Under the pieces are notes generated by a model. The model saw only the letters and a program-made list of their open reading frames with translations, ran no database searches and was not told where the DNA came from. Positions 48,870 to 62,990 of a stretch of DNA of 64,000 nt are shown in pieces. The position numbers and the translations under genes are program-made. Source of the stretch: Dicyema japonicum (lineage: Eukaryota; Animalia; Dicyemida); the NCBI GenBank assembly GCA_011109175.1, contig RDEW01000006.1, positions 1,386,133 to 1,450,132 on the forward strand, read 5' to 3'. Within the stretch, counting starts at the first letter, position 1. Each line of letters opens with the position of its first letter.

Positions 48870-51785
48870 ATGTCTGGAAAACACAGTATCAAGCCATTGG
48901 ACTTGTCACGTTTAACGTCAAGGGACTCTCTAGCGTTTGGAAACGGAAGGAACTGGTCGAGGATCTTTCAAAGTACAAGATTCCAATCGCCTGCCTTCAG
49001 GAGACCAAACTAATCAACGGGATCGAAGAACAACATGAGAACTTTAGACTAATCTTCCTTCCAGGTGGAAACAAGCACTATGGGCTAGGATTTGCGTCAG
49101 AAATGATCTATCCAAGAGAGTCTGTCGATATTACAGTGTGAATGATAGAATCGGGGTGTTGCAATTGAAACTGGATGGCCTCAACCCGTCGAAGAAATAC
49201 CTAATTATGATAAACGTTTACGCCCCTCACAGTGGATGGCTTAATAAAAACCCTGAGATTGATGACTTTTACACCAGTCTTTCTGCCGTCTTATCCAATT
49301 ATGCTATCTCAACATTAGTAGTGATCGCAGGAGACCTAAATGCGAAAGCTGGCACCCAGGTTACGACCGATGAGACATTCATGGAAAGGCATGGTAGGGG
49401 GAAAAGAAATCTCCCGGGAACTCTACTAGCTAACTTATGTCAAACGAACAACCTATTTTTATGCAATACAGCCTTCATGCATCCAGACATAAATCTACGT
49501 GGTCGGGACACAGAACAAATCCCGAAGGGCGAGTGATAAATATGTACAACCAGATCGACTATATCATATGCAGGCAAAAAGATCGAGGAATTATACTTGA
49601 TGCACGAGCTTATGGTGGATCGATTATCGACAGCGACCACAAAATGGTAATTGCTAGACTTTCTCTAAAGAGATTTATGGTACTACAAAGAACGAAATGG
49701 AAGCACATTGAAACCACAGAACCCAACTATAGACGTTATAATTTGGAATCCTTAATCAGTCAATCAGAAGGGGCCCTAGCATTCAAAGAATATCTGGATG
49801 CAGAACTAAAAAACATGCCTACAGATTTCCCGGAAAATCCTGGGATTTTGTAAAGCAGTCAATACATAAAGGAGCCAATCTGCATCTATTGAATGAAAAT
49901 GAAAAAATCCCATCGCACAATGAAATTTACACGGTGAAGGACCTTGCCAATAAACAGAAGACCATATGGATGCTATATCAAAATACTGACGATTCGAATG
50001 TAAAATCAAAATTTAGAAAGAAAAACTATCAAAGCAAAAATAAGAAAAACTATTAGACAGCATAACAGAAATAGAGCACTGGACCAGATTAAGAAGATAG
50101 CATCTCTCAAGGACAACGCTAATTCTACGAGGCTGTAAACAGATAAAAGGAAAGAGACTCTATCAACCGATAATGATAAGAGATGACAAAGGAACGCAGA
50201 TTGTGGACCAAAGGGAAGTGGCGGAAATTATCGCTGCCCACTTTGGAAAACTTTTCAATCCAAGGAACGACACAATCATCCTAGAACAAGGAAATTGGAC
50301 GAGAAAATCACACCATATGAAATTGAACTTGCGAGTTCCAAGTTGAAAAACAGCAGGACTCCTGGCCCCGACGGACTTGGTGCTGAATTCTTCTAATATA
50401 AATCCCAAAATCTGTATGAATGCATCGCTAGGATCCTGAATGAAATGTACTATTATAGTCACACGCTGACCCTGGGAGAGGGTATCTTGATACCTGTACA
50501 GAAGGCGAATAAACCAAGATCTAAGGTGGAGAACCTCCGTCCGGTCATATTAATGAATTCACTTTGGAAAATTCTGGCGAACATAACATTACAAAGGATG
50601 GAAGGACGCCTAGATACTTTTCTGTCGCTATACCACAGCGGATTCCGAAAAGGAAGATCTACTTCCGATGTTTTGTGGTCCCACAAGTGGAGATCTGCGG
50701 CCGTTCAAAAGTTCAAAATGTCTACAACCATCCTCGGAATCGACATTTCGAGGGCCTTCGTCTCTATCGACAGACGGAGGCTAATACTGGTTCTGGGAAG
50801 TTTCCTAGACGCTTCCACTGTCAGAGTGGCCACCACCCTCCTAGCTGATACTTGACTCACTGCCAGAGTCGGGGGAGCCTTGTCTCGCCGATTTGAGACG
50901 ACTGTTGGCACTCCACAGGGAGACCCATTATTACCTATACTTTTTGTCATATACCTTGAAGCTGCTTTACGGGAGTCAAAACCGATAATGGATGAAAAGA
51001 CAAATATTATTGCGTATGCTGACGACGTAGACTTTATTTCAAACGACGAAATACTGCTCACCCGCTTGATGGAAGAAGTGCCTAACAGTAAATCCGGACA
51101 AGACTGAGGCAACTGAACTCAAGAGGGAAGAAACAAGGACGGAGGAGCACTGGCGCAGGTGCAAAAAGCTTGGCTGCCTCCTAGGGGACCATAAAGAAAT
51201 TACAAGAAGGAAAACCTTAGCACAAACTGCTTTTTCCAGACTAAAGAACATCTGGCTCTACAAAAAGGGCTTTGACATTATAACAAAAACTCGATTATAC
51301 AACTAGTGAAACCCATACTACTGTATAACGCTAGGTACCTGGGCCTGCTCAAGAAATGAACTAAAGAGGCTTAATGCGTTTCATAGAGACCAACTACGGC
51401 ATATGATGTTCAAAAAAGTGATACGAGGGTGTCATCTAATCTTCTCTATAAAAAGACAAAGACCTCTGAAGTTTCAAATGAGATTCTGGATACACGATGA
51501 AGGCTTTTCGGCCATGAGACTGGACCTAGATGCCCCCGCGAACGTAGCCATGGAGGATTACTTCATGTTAGAGGCCCCCCGTTTTCCGTGGTCGCCAAGG
51601 ACGACACTGCAGTCGTTCTCGACGAGGACCTTAAAGAAATGGGAGGCATCTTGGAGAGGATCTTGACTGGTTGCGCACTGCGGCTTTGAATAGGAAGAAG
51701 TGGATGAAACTAACCAGTGATTTGCTAACTCGTGTTGCACATGCTTTGTCAAGTCCTATGACATAGCGATAATAATAATAATAAA
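48870..51785 (+). mobile_element. RTE-like LINE, near full length, degraded
   Basis: VTFNVKGL, ACLQETK, INVYAP, AGDLNAK, NQIDYI, DSDH, PGPDGL, SGFRKGRST, GTPQGDPL, YADD, KPILLYN; (AAT)n tail. Confidence 0.9.
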
Positions 51786-52499
51786 AGACAAGATATTAGG
51801 AGTGTACAGCTAAGTTTGGTAGGAAACATGTTTTAAAATTTTATTTTTTATTTAACGATGAAATTTATGAAGACTGTTAAAGGGGGTTCTTAAATGAGTC
51901 CTTCTTAAAGGTTTGGGACTAGGCCAATTCCCATTGTGCAATATGGATTTGATTATTTATTATAGACAACAAAGACTGAGTATATTAATTGGTTGGTTTT
52001 AGGCAAAACATATTTAACGTTGACGACTCAGAGAAGAGTACAAAGTAAATTTTTCAACTAGAATGAGGGGCAAATGTATTGAACACAGGAACTATAATTG
52101 TTTGTATAGCTTGTTGATGAAAACGTAAAATGATCTCTTTTAAAGACAGCATTCCTAAGTATTTGAATGTAGATTATATGTATTCAGTCATCCACCATGA
52201 AAAACTGTAATCATTGTGGAAGGTCAGTTATTTAATATCCCCTGATATATTGGAAAAAGGTATCGGTTAATAAACGTTAAGTTATATTTACAACTGTGAG
52301 ATACAACCTGACAAAGCATCATTCCATCCATATCCGCCATCTTGGAAATCCCTTTGGTAATATAGGGAAGAGAAATATCTTTTTTGGATGCCAGCTAGGC
52401 ATTGGGTGTTACATAGGATTTGATAAAAGTGCATATCAAAAATAATGAATTTTATGAAATTTGATACTAATAATGTCAATTGGCGTCATTACAGAACTT

Positions 52500-54480
52500 T
52501 CATGACGGATACGATCTTTATCGACGTCTATGTTGTTGCCCGGTGACGTGGACTATGTTACCGTGAGTGCTAAGGAGGAGTATCTGCATTGTTTTGCTAA
52601 ACTGAGATCCTAAGGCTGCTGTCCCTATCCAGATCAAGCTGGAAATTTCAGAACGAAATCGCCTTCGGACAAAATTAAGACAGTGTCTGGATTATGTGGA
52701 CGAGAAGTTCTAAAGATACGAGTTACTCAGAAGACTATAGATTTTTTATTTAAAGAACAAGTCGATAAAAAATGGAAAACTGAAGCAGGAAGGTTGGACA
52801 CCAAGAAACCAACATTCTGGAAGTCTTATCGAAGGCTTGTAACTCCTGGATCTAAATCAGATCATTAATTTGAAGAGATCCAATGGCAGTGTTGTCACCG
52901 AAGCGAATGTTCTTAATGCATTTCAGAAGCTGCTTGAGAGTATTAAAGGAATTGATCCAAAGGATGTGATGCCCCAAAAATCTCTTTTGATTATGAAAAT
53001 TCTGGACAAGCATGTTGGAATATGGCGCATGGAGATCTAAAGAAGAAGTGAAACAAACTTAGCGTAGCTACATGCGGTTCACCTGTTGTTATGGTGAGCC
53101 CAGTGCAAGTATTGCATGAAAAAGAACCGTTTGAACTTTTCCACCCTTCTACGTCGTTTGAAAAAATGGACTACCAAACAAACCATTATGGAGTGCCGAG
53201 ATGTAGCTCATGGAATGGACAATATACGGTTAAAATTATTCAAGGAGGGTCTGAATTGTCTTTTTGAGGTCCGCCGTTACCTATTTGGAGCAAGTCTCAA
53301 TATTGGATGTGTATCTCGAGCTTGGAAGGACTCCATTATTCGGATTATTCCAAATCAAGAAAATCGAGGACGGATCCCTTGATCTATAGACATATTAGTC
53401 TAATAAAGTCAATTTCAAAATTCATGGAGAGCCATATCGAATCACGGAATTTTCTCAGCAAGGAACAATGAGAGATCATTTGGAGATTGTTTTTCATCTT
53501 GAACTCAGATTGAGAAGGCCAGGAACTTCAAATATCGGCTGTGTGTCGTCTGCTGAATATATCGAAGGCTTTCGATAGTGTCGGCCATGACGCACTGTTT
53601 TGTCAGCTAGTGCAGCTGAAATCTCTAAACTTTTACTCGGTTAGTTAAAGAATCCTCTGAAGAAGATCATTTATGAGATGTAGAGGATTTACTTCTAAAG
53701 AGATTGTAATGAAGAGGATAGTGCCACAAGGCTCAGTCTTGAGTCTTCTACTCTTTAATATATTAATGAGAGTTTTTCCGGCTCCCGGGAATCCTAACGT
53801 GATTATTTACGCTGACAATGTACTGATATCAGACGTCTCGAGAAATCCGTTGGTGTCTGAGGGAAGATTACGTGGATTATTAGAAGAAATTCTCTGGTGG
53901 TGTAAATCCAGTGTCTTAAGTTTTTCAATGGAAAAGTCGAAAGCCATGCGAATTTCACACTATATAAAGTTTTTTCAACATGAGTACACACTGAGTGGTA
54001 TCAGCAATGTTGATCATCTGCGTTATTTGGGTGTCTGTCTTGGATATAGAGGAGATTATGTTGAAGGTGCCAAAATGAAGAAGAAAAAGGCTTACCATGT
54101 GTCTATAAAAACTATATTTGAAGAAAACGTCTATCTTTACTTTTGAAAAAATTATTCTTTCCTTTACAACAGATGTCAAGGATGGTATTTTTATCCAAAA
54201 GAGAAAGAATAATAAACCTTTTGGACAGGAGGATGACAATCAAGCTGGCCCTTCGTAAAATAGGTGAAGGCACACTAGAAGAGGAGGAAACCGTGATCAA
54301 CTCAGTATGAGCGTGGTAGTAGAACTAATCTAGGGTTTTCTCCCGAGGACCAAAGTGACGTTCATTCAGAAGATACTGTAAAGCTAGAGAGGGTAAAACT
54401 GTGAAAGAATCCAGGCCTCAAGGCAAAATTTTTTAATAACATAATCCCCCATAACTATCGCTATGCCTTGGTTTTTAATA
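52500..54480 (+). mobile_element. Degraded APE-LINE RT (another family)
   Basis: AHGMDNI, WKDSIIRIIP, ISKAFDSV, VPQGSVLSLLLFNILM, IYADNV, LRYLGVCL. Confidence 0.75.
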
Positions 54481-55140
54481 AAAATATTATTATTACAGAT
54501 CAAAGCGGAATCCTCGAATAGGTAAAGGTTAGAAATTGAACTCACAACTAATAGTTACATGAGCAAATGCACTAACCATTATGGCAAAAACCACAAATAT
54601 TATACAACACCTTACTGATGGGGGACAGGCTTACTGACCCTTGAAACTAAAAGCACATCACTTTATAATAAAAAAGAATCTTTGATGTTTGTTTTAATTT
54701 TCATAAATGATTCCATTAAGTACAATTATGATTAAGGAGAAATAATTATATTAGTTGTTATTATAATGTTTTCTTTAATAAGGAAATCATGCAAGGAAAT
54801 ATTAAGACAGATAATGTCATACTTTGTGTTTATTGTAAATAAACATGATTAATATTTATGCAAATTTTTCACTAAAATCATAAGTTTAGATAACTTTTGT
54901 GGTGGTCACCGCAAACTATACCAATTAGTTTTCTCATAGTTACTGGGTCTTTTTGACTGAGTCTCTCTTGGAATCCGCTAGAAGTTATAGAATTCTTATA
55001 TCCTAAAGAGTTTTTATTTACATTTATTTTAATAAATTGTAGGAGTTAATTTTGATTAAAATATTAACAACAATTATAATAATTATTATATTTTATAAGA
55101 TTTTATTTAAATATTAAATAAAATATAAAACCGACATCTG

Positions 55141-57907
55141 ATGGATGAACTAACTGCTAAATTCAAATCAATATATACACGAGTAAGTTTACGTGGACTT
55201 AAATATAGGCTCAGGAATATCCTAAATCTCAGTGAGGGAGTCATATAGTAACATTTAGATGTCTGTCACTCATTCCCACTGTTCTCGAACATGTCATTGA
55301 CTACTCACTTGAATCTCCCATAGTGAATAAGACGTTTTCACTAAAGTACAACGTGCTATATATTAGAAACAACTCCTCTGAGTTAGCTGATATTGAAGGG
55401 TACCTTCGCAGGTCCAACTGCAGTCAAATATCTATTTCTATACAAAAAGAAGTGTTGGGAAAGAAATTCCGTTTTAGTCTTAAACCTGGGACCGAAGTTG
55501 TTTTCTCCGTGCAATTCAACCCAAAATTTTGTGGAAGTGATAAACAAATCGTCAAATTTGTCTCCAATCTATGTTCTGATATATCAATTTCAATCAATTT
55601 GGAATGTTTAATAAACCCATTACTGAATCAATTAGTGAGGTCATCAGAACCTCCATCAAACGCAGACCTGATCTATTACATTCCTTCAATATCAGCCGTC
55701 CGTCCTAGAAGGAAAGGGTACTATCATATATAACCTTAGGGGACCGCCCAGGAATATACTATTCCAGCCAAGATACACGGGTAATATTGAGGATGAGGAT
55801 TTAATACAAATGGCTGCTACTGGGAACTATGATCCAATTCTCTATCTATTTAAAAATGTAAGAGATTTTGGTGAGGTAAGGGACTGACCCCAACATTGTA
55901 CAAGAAACTACTTGGGATAGCTGTTAGACTGGACCACTATGTGGGACAGATTGAAATGTCCGCCCATGATATTTCCTCAGTAATGGATAAATTCAAAGAG
56001 GGATACTTTGAGGTTGAGTTTCCTGGAATTGTGGATGAGGATTATATAATCGGTCCTGGGGCGAACGATATTTACGTGGAATACTATAATGGGGATAGAT
56101 TGCTGTCCTCGTGTTTGTGTGAATATGTTAAGATTGACAAGGAAGAAGGAATTGTTAGAGTTCGTCCTTCCCTCTTACCAGGAGAAGTTGGTTCATTTAC
56201 TAGAGCCCAACTAAGAGTGAAACAATCAATGTATTATATTTTATTATTCAGAGTTCCAATGAAGTTCTCCTTGTTTGGAATAGACAGACTCTGTGATCAT
56301 ACCATCAATGATGGTTTTATTGTTTGTTATTCATAGTTTTGTTTCCAGTGTCAATCATTCCCGATAGACCATTCGTCGTCCAAGCAATTGATATCCAGGG
56401 TATTTTGCTTTATCAAAGTAGGCCGACCTTTTATTAATTTTTATAATAAAAAATTAAATTGGCGGCAAAAGATGGCGGTTTGTAACATTTTGGAGGGAAA
56501 ATATGGTAGACTTCCATTTATTCTTTTTGGTCCCCCAGGTTGGTTTGGTTGTTATTTGAGGGACTGGTAAGACCACCACAGTGATTGAGAGTATCCTTCA
56601 AATATTCAAATTGATTCCTTCTAGTGTTATTCTAGTGACTGCTCAAACCAACAAATCAGTGGACCAATTGGTGTGATTTGGTGTTATTCCAGGCTCTCAG
56701 ACTAATAAAGACTGGACAGTTTAAGATGGACGAGATTATTCGTTATAACTCCCAAATGAGGTCTCCAGAGGTTATTGTAGTGTGTATTGTAGGATGTTGA
56801 CATAGAACTGAAACCATATTGTTGTGATGCTATTTTATACTCACGAGTGCAATCATTGAGGATAGTATGTACTACATTTGTAAAATCATCTGTATTTTCA
56901 TCAATTAATGATGGGAAATTCTTTACTCATTTGTTTGTGGATGAGGCCAGTCAGTGCGCAGAGGCTAGCACTCTTATATCAATAAATCTACTCAAATCTG
57001 ACGGAAAGGTACCTTTAAACTTATTGTAGCTAATATTGGCTGGTGATCCTCATCAACTGGGTCCTCTTACCACTATTACCAACGACTATGTGGCTTCTAT
57101 TATTACAAACTCATTACTACACAGACTTATTGGCAATAAGCTATACAGTAAGGTTACTCACAAACATACTGAGTTTGGGGGATATAATCCTATTCTGGTT
57201 ATTTTGTGTATTTACTCCCAGATCGTTAAGTTGGTCGAAAATTATAGGAATTTTGAAGTTCTTGTGAGTTTCTTTTCCAATTTATTTTATGATAATGAGT
57301 TAATAACAAAGACGTGTTTGGCTGACAATAATAGGTGTCATGACTTTCAGTTTTTGAGAAACAAAAATTTTCCTCTTTTGATTCACGGAGTTTGTGGACA
57401 GGACTACTTGCCTGAGAATTCTACATCATTTGTTAATGTTTATGAAGCCATTACCGTCATTGATTACATTAAACAGATTATTAATCATGGAATTCCTCCT
57501 CATTTGATTGCTGTTATTTCCTTCTACAAGAAACAGGTCATGTTCATCAAACGGATGCTTGCCAATTTATCCACGGCCGAGGAACAGATTGAGTGTCAGA
57601 CCATTGAAAAGTTTCAGGGATCTGAGAAAACTGTCGTCATTCTCTCTGCCGTTGCTTTGTTTGTGACTTTTAGGTGAGGACAGCCAGGAAACACACCACC
57701 TATGACAAGAAATTCTCATTAAAGTTTTTGTTTAACGCAAAGAGGTTTAATGTGGCCATTTCGAGGGCCATTTCAATGCTTATTGTGATTGGTGATCCTA
57801 ATGTTATGAAATGCGTAATTTTTGTGTTATTCTAGAATAATGAATGGTCAGAGTTGCTTAATTACTGCAGGAAGAATAATTCCTATATTGGATGTAGTAT
57901 TGATTAG
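55141..57907 (+). CDS. MOV10: MOV10/Armitage/SDE3-like UPF1-family RNA helicase
   Basis: LPFILFGPP/GTGKTTTVIESILQ, HLFVDEASQ, LAGDPHQLGP, KLVENYRN, FSNLFYDNEL, TIEKFQGSEK, KRFNVAISRA..LIVIGDP; many tiny introns; stop at 57905-57907. MOV10 versus MOV10L1 is not resolved. Confidence 0.88.
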
Positions 57908-58200
57908 ATATCACATTTTTTATTTCTTGGTTAATTAATCTTCTCTATTACTATTCCTTTATTATTTAATGGACCTGTTTTCCATCATTCCTACACAAAC
58001 CGCCGGCTTCATATATAAGACAACTTTTATCGCCTTCTGTCTGAGAGACCTTCCTTCTTCCTATAGGCGAGTGGGTGAAAACCGTCGATCTGGTCACCAC
58101 AGATATAAAACGCAAATCTTAAGTCCAAGACATTATGAAACACAAAATAAGCTCCCCGTTTGGGACGGTGTTGAATCAGGCTCCAATCTCCGGAGATTTT

Positions 58201-58896
58201 GAGAATTGGAAGGAGAAACAAATAAGGACGATTACAAGTCTCCCTCAGATGGATTGGTGTCCGAATCAATGAGAATTGGAAAGAGGAACAAATAAGGACG
58301 ATTACAAGTCTCCCTCAGGTGGATGGTGTCCGAATCAATGAGAATTGGAAAGAGGAACAAATAAGGACGATTACAAGTCTCCTCAGGTGGATGGTGTCCG
58401 AATCAATGAGAATTGGAAAGAGGAACAAATAGGACGATTACAAGTCTCCCTCAGGTGGATGGTGTCCGAATCAATGAGAATTGGAAAGAGGAACAAATAA
58501 GGACGATTACAAGTCTCCCTCAGGTGGATGGTGTCCGAATCAATGAGAAATTGGAAAGAGGAACAAATAAGGACGATTACAAGTCTCCCTCAGGTGGATG
58601 GTGTCCGAATCAATGAGAATTGGAAAGAGGAACAAATAAGGACGATTACAAGTCTCCCTCAGGTGGATGTGTCCGAATCAATGAGAATTGGAAAGAGGAA
58701 CAAATAAGGACGATTACAAGTCTCCCTCAGGTGGATGGTGTCCGAATCAATGGAATTGGAAGGAAGGGAACAAATAAGGACGATTACAAGTCTCCCTCAG
58801 GTGGATGGTGTCCGAATCAATGAGAATTGGAAGAGGAACAAATAAGGACGATTACAAGTCTCCCTCAGGTGGATGGTGTCCGAATCAATGAGAATT
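58201..58896 (+). repeat. Tandem array, about 10 x 69 bp
   Basis: Unit GAGAATTGGAAAGAGGAACAAATAAGGACGATTACAAGTCTCCCTCAGGTGGATGGTGTCCGAATCAAT; copies differ mostly by 1-nt indels. Confidence 0.95.
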
Positions 58897-59469
58897 CGAG
58901 AAGAGAGTTTAGAATCTTCATGACAAAACACTAAGATACGTGAGGAAAAAACATCCGCAAAGCAGAAAATTTCATTGGCAGGCCTGTGACGTATCATCAA
59001 GATACATTCGACTGCCGAACGACAATCGATGTGTTGGTAAAAATAGGGTGGCGTCCTGAGGATATATGCAGCTATAGTGAGACTAGTAAGGAAAAATAAT
59101 GAGGTATGTTGGTCGAGTAAAATTAATTATTTTTTTCAGTAAAGACAATTTTACAGGGTTTTCACTTCAAAGTGAGAACTTATTCACATCAATGTGAGAA
59201 TCATTCACATCAAAATGAGAATTATTTTAATTGAAATTAAATAAATTTTAATCTTTGTAACTATAAATATTAAAAAAATTGTCTGATGAATATAGGCGTT
59301 TTATTATTAATATGTATTCCAATGGTAGTAGTCTGGCGGAACTTGGCATCGGACAGGAGGGGATGGGAAAGGCTAATTAAGAGGATTGTTCGGACGCGGC
59401 ACGAATAGAATTATAGTTTATATGATTCTATGTAGTTGCTTATAATAATAATATTCCAATGGATCCACA

Positions 59470-60310
59470 AAAGAAATAAACATGAGAAAATCAAATGCCA
59501 CTGACGCTAATACGATAAAAGCCCTTCAGGGCGAAAGGCAACGTGTCAGAAGAAAAACTCAAGAATAACAGAAGCCACAGACCAGATGCGATAAACCTAG
59601 AATTACTGGAATACGGCCCTGACCCCCTTTTTGAAAAAAATCGCTACACTACTAAATGAAATGTTTTCAACTAACTCAACTCTACCTCTGGGTACGGGAC
59701 TACTAATCCTCATACAAAAAACCAACAAAAACAGAGGACCGCTCGAAAATTTGCGACCCATCATACTACTAAATTCATTACGCAAAGTCTTGGCGAACAT
59801 TGTGTTTGAACGAATAAAAGGATCTGCTTACAAATACCTACCAGATAATCAAAGTGGTTTTCGAGAAGGGAGATCCACAGCTGATGTGGTCTGGAGTCAC
59901 AGATGGAGGTGTGCAACATATCAAAGATACCGTAACGCCACCAATATTCTGGGAATTGACCTATCAAGAGCTTTTGATACGGTTAACAGAACAAATTAAT
60001 GGGGGTACTGGGCGGATTTCTTGATGAGTTGAGTCTAAGGATGACCCGAATTCTACTTTCCAACATTGAGCTCCATGTGAGAGTCGGAAAGACCTATTCA
60101 AGAAAATTTAAAACAAACACGGGCACTCCACAAGGAGACTCTCTTTCTCCTCTACTATTCACAACTTATTTGGAAGCCGCTATGAGGGAACCTAGACCCT
60201 TATACCAAGGAAAGACGGAAGAAGTGATCTACGCGGACGATGTAGACCTAATTTCTGAAGACAAAGAGATCCTGGAAAACCTATTAGAAAAAGCACCAGA
60301 TGTAGTAGGG
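59470..60310 (+). mobile_element. RTE-like LINE RT fragment
   Basis: NLRPIILLNSLRK, QSGFREGRSTAD, IDLSRAFDTV, GTPQGDSLSP, YADD. Confidence 0.85.
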
Positions 60311-60672
60311 AAAGTTGAAGGAACTTCCCCATGTCCCAGCGTTGTACAGTAGGATCGGTTTCACAAAGGCGAGTGAGTTAATGATTGAGGTGTCTGTATT
60401 AAGTGTATTCCAAGAGTCACAGTCACATAGACAAGTTTTTCAGAAGGACAGTAATCGATCGGGGTAATGATACAGTGAAGTTAAATGGTGATGAAAATAA
60501 AGCATAAATTACTAAATGAAAATTAAAATGTCTTCAATCTGAATAATCAGTCACCAAATTATGTCTCACAAATATAAAATACAAATGCGAGGAGATCAAC
60601 TAGTAATCTACTAAAAATATATTTAATAAAACCAACAGACAGGTGAACTCTAGGTACATAGTCGAAATTGAT

Positions 60673-60744
60673 CCCCGAGTAGCTCAGCGGAAGAGCGTTA
60701 GACTGAAGATTTAAAGGTCGTTGGCTCAACTCCGACTTCGGGCA
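60673..60744 (+). tRNA. tRNA-Phe(GAA), probably degenerate or a pseudogene
   Basis: TAGCTCAG..AGAGC D arm, TTAGA-CTGAAGA-TTTAA anticodon arm, acceptor CCCCGAG/TTCGGGC-A; C1:C72 mismatch and T loop CTCAACT instead of TTC. Confidence 0.75.
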
Positions 60745-61399
60745 TTAGTTTTATTATTATTTTGACACCTCAGTAATATTTGGCCCATAAGTGGACGATC
60801 CTTTTTGTCAGATCGACTATTGATGGAATACAAAATTCCTCAAGAATAAGAATAAACACGTGACCATAACATAATTGTGTTCTGCCATTTAAATTATTCA
60901 TCTTCATTTGAGTTGTCTAGTCCACTCCAAATAATATATTCTGATAAACATGTGAAGGACCACCAGATGTCTCTAATTTAACGTCTTTCTGTAACAGAGG
61001 GACTAAATCGATTATATTCATTAGTTAACCTCACTCAATGACTAAAGTTTATAGACCAATCGCTCATTTTCCACATGGAAATTTTGAAATGAAAAAAATC
61101 AAAATACTACTGTAACACCAAACTAACTCATCACTTGATCCCAGCATATTCTAACAGAGACCTCAACTTGGCCCGATGCTCCTTTCTCATGCACATATAA
61201 GCAAGGCCATATAGCTGTATGTTCGTACTCTCATGAGAACGTTCTAAAAATTCTTTTTTGGCTAGCTTCGATCTTCAAGAAATTATTTTAAGAAATGAAT
61301 GTGGGGCATGCATAAGATTAGTTACCGATCTTTCATAACCCCGAGAGACATTTCCATACTTTGGTCTTCTTTTTAAATTTTTTTATTACATTCGTATTC

Positions 61400-62990
61400 C
61401 TTGCCGATTTCCTTACCGACTTCAATTGCAGAGGACTTAACCTCACAAGAAACACCTACTGGCATGGTACTAGCAAAATACAACATTCCAGTCTGCTGTC
61501 TACAAGAGACAAAAACAACCTTACAATGTACAGAACTGTATGGAAAATTTCACCTATTTACCTTCACATCGGCCTGCCGACATTATGGTCTCGAATTTAT
61601 GGTCCATCAGGATCTGATTCACTTTGTTACAAGAGTGTGGGCAGAATCTGACAGTGTCGCAGTGCTGCATATCAAATAAAATCAACTCAGTCATTTATTA
61701 TAAATGTATATGCACGGCTTTCAACATACTCTTATGCAGTACTTATTTCAAGCACTCAGCAAGACACAGATCACTTGGGTTGGCACCAGAAGAGACAAAT
61801 CTGCCAACACAATCCGAATATACAACCAGATTGACTACATTCTCTGCAATCAACATCAGAATGCCCTCATGCGAATTAGAAGTCATACGACAGACTTGAA
61901 ACTAGCAGCGATCACAAACTTGTTGTCGCTCGGCTAATACTAAACAGAATTCATGGAATACAAGGAAAACGCAAAGGTATCGCCTCAGTACGATACGACA
62001 AGGGGAGACTACGTTATGAAGAATCTACCAATCTTCGATATAGTACAACTCTGAGAAACATTGTTAACTCTATTAACAAAAATCAACCAGCAAATAAAGT
62101 ATGGAAAGAAATAGTCGTTGCTATACAAAAAGCAGCCTGTAGTGTTTTGGGTCCTATCCCCAAACCCAGTCACAAACAAAGCAGTCCGGATATAAGACGA
62201 ATTTCTGTAATACAAAAAAAGCTCAGGCTTCGATCCGAAAATACAAGTGCATCGGAAAAAATCAACGAGTTCCGCACCCAGAGAGGCAGATTCCTAATAA
62301 AGAACAAACAAATACAAAAATTCTTTGCCAGAAGTGAAGCAGAAAATCAAATTTTTGAATAAAAAATTATAAAAATGGAACAATTATGTTTAATGCAATT
62401 CGCTTTCTTAACAGAGGAAGGAGTTCGGCCTCGATACTGTCAACGATAACCTCGGCCGTACTGTTATTGGGGACATTAATAAAGCTAATATAATAGTTTG
62501 ACCTTCTATTCAATATGCACAGCGAACCTGACAACAAAATGAAACAACTGAAACCTGACAAATACACTTTATTTCTCCAATAAACAGTTTGGTAGCTCTT
62601 CAATCAAAAACTAAACACCGGAAGATTTGCAGGACCAGACAATGTCCCAGCAGAACTTTTAAAACACACCCTGGAGGAGCTAGCCAAAATGATCATCAAT
62701 TTTTTGAATCGGTCTCTCCAGAAAGACAATACGTTGGAACTGGGAAATGGTGGCTAATACCTCTACAAAAACCCGGGAAAGTTAAAGGTCCCCTTTGCCA
62801 CCTTAGACCAATAATTCTACTAACTTCCATACGCAAAACACTGTCTCTCATTTTTTTACACCAGATAAAAAACAAAGTGAACAAATTCCTGTCCCCCGGC
62901 CAAAATGGATTTTGGACAGGCAAGGGTATATGTAGTGTGGGGAATAGATGGTATTGTGTTTTATGCCAAAAGTATAAAAATCTATTGAAA
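61400..62990 (+). mobile_element. Degraded RTE-like LINE (APE to start of RT)
   Basis: CCLQETK, YNQIDYILC, SSDHKLV, AGPDNVPAELLK, LRPIILLTSIRK, QNGF. Confidence 0.82.

Noticed and set aside
58201-58896. CRISPR array
   Set aside because: Units are head-to-tail with no unique spacers, the context is eukaryotic, and there are no cas genes.
61140-61350. HDV-like ribozyme upstream of the RTE element
   Set aside because: I could not identify the nested double pseudoknot by eye; this needs an Infernal or RNAMotif search.
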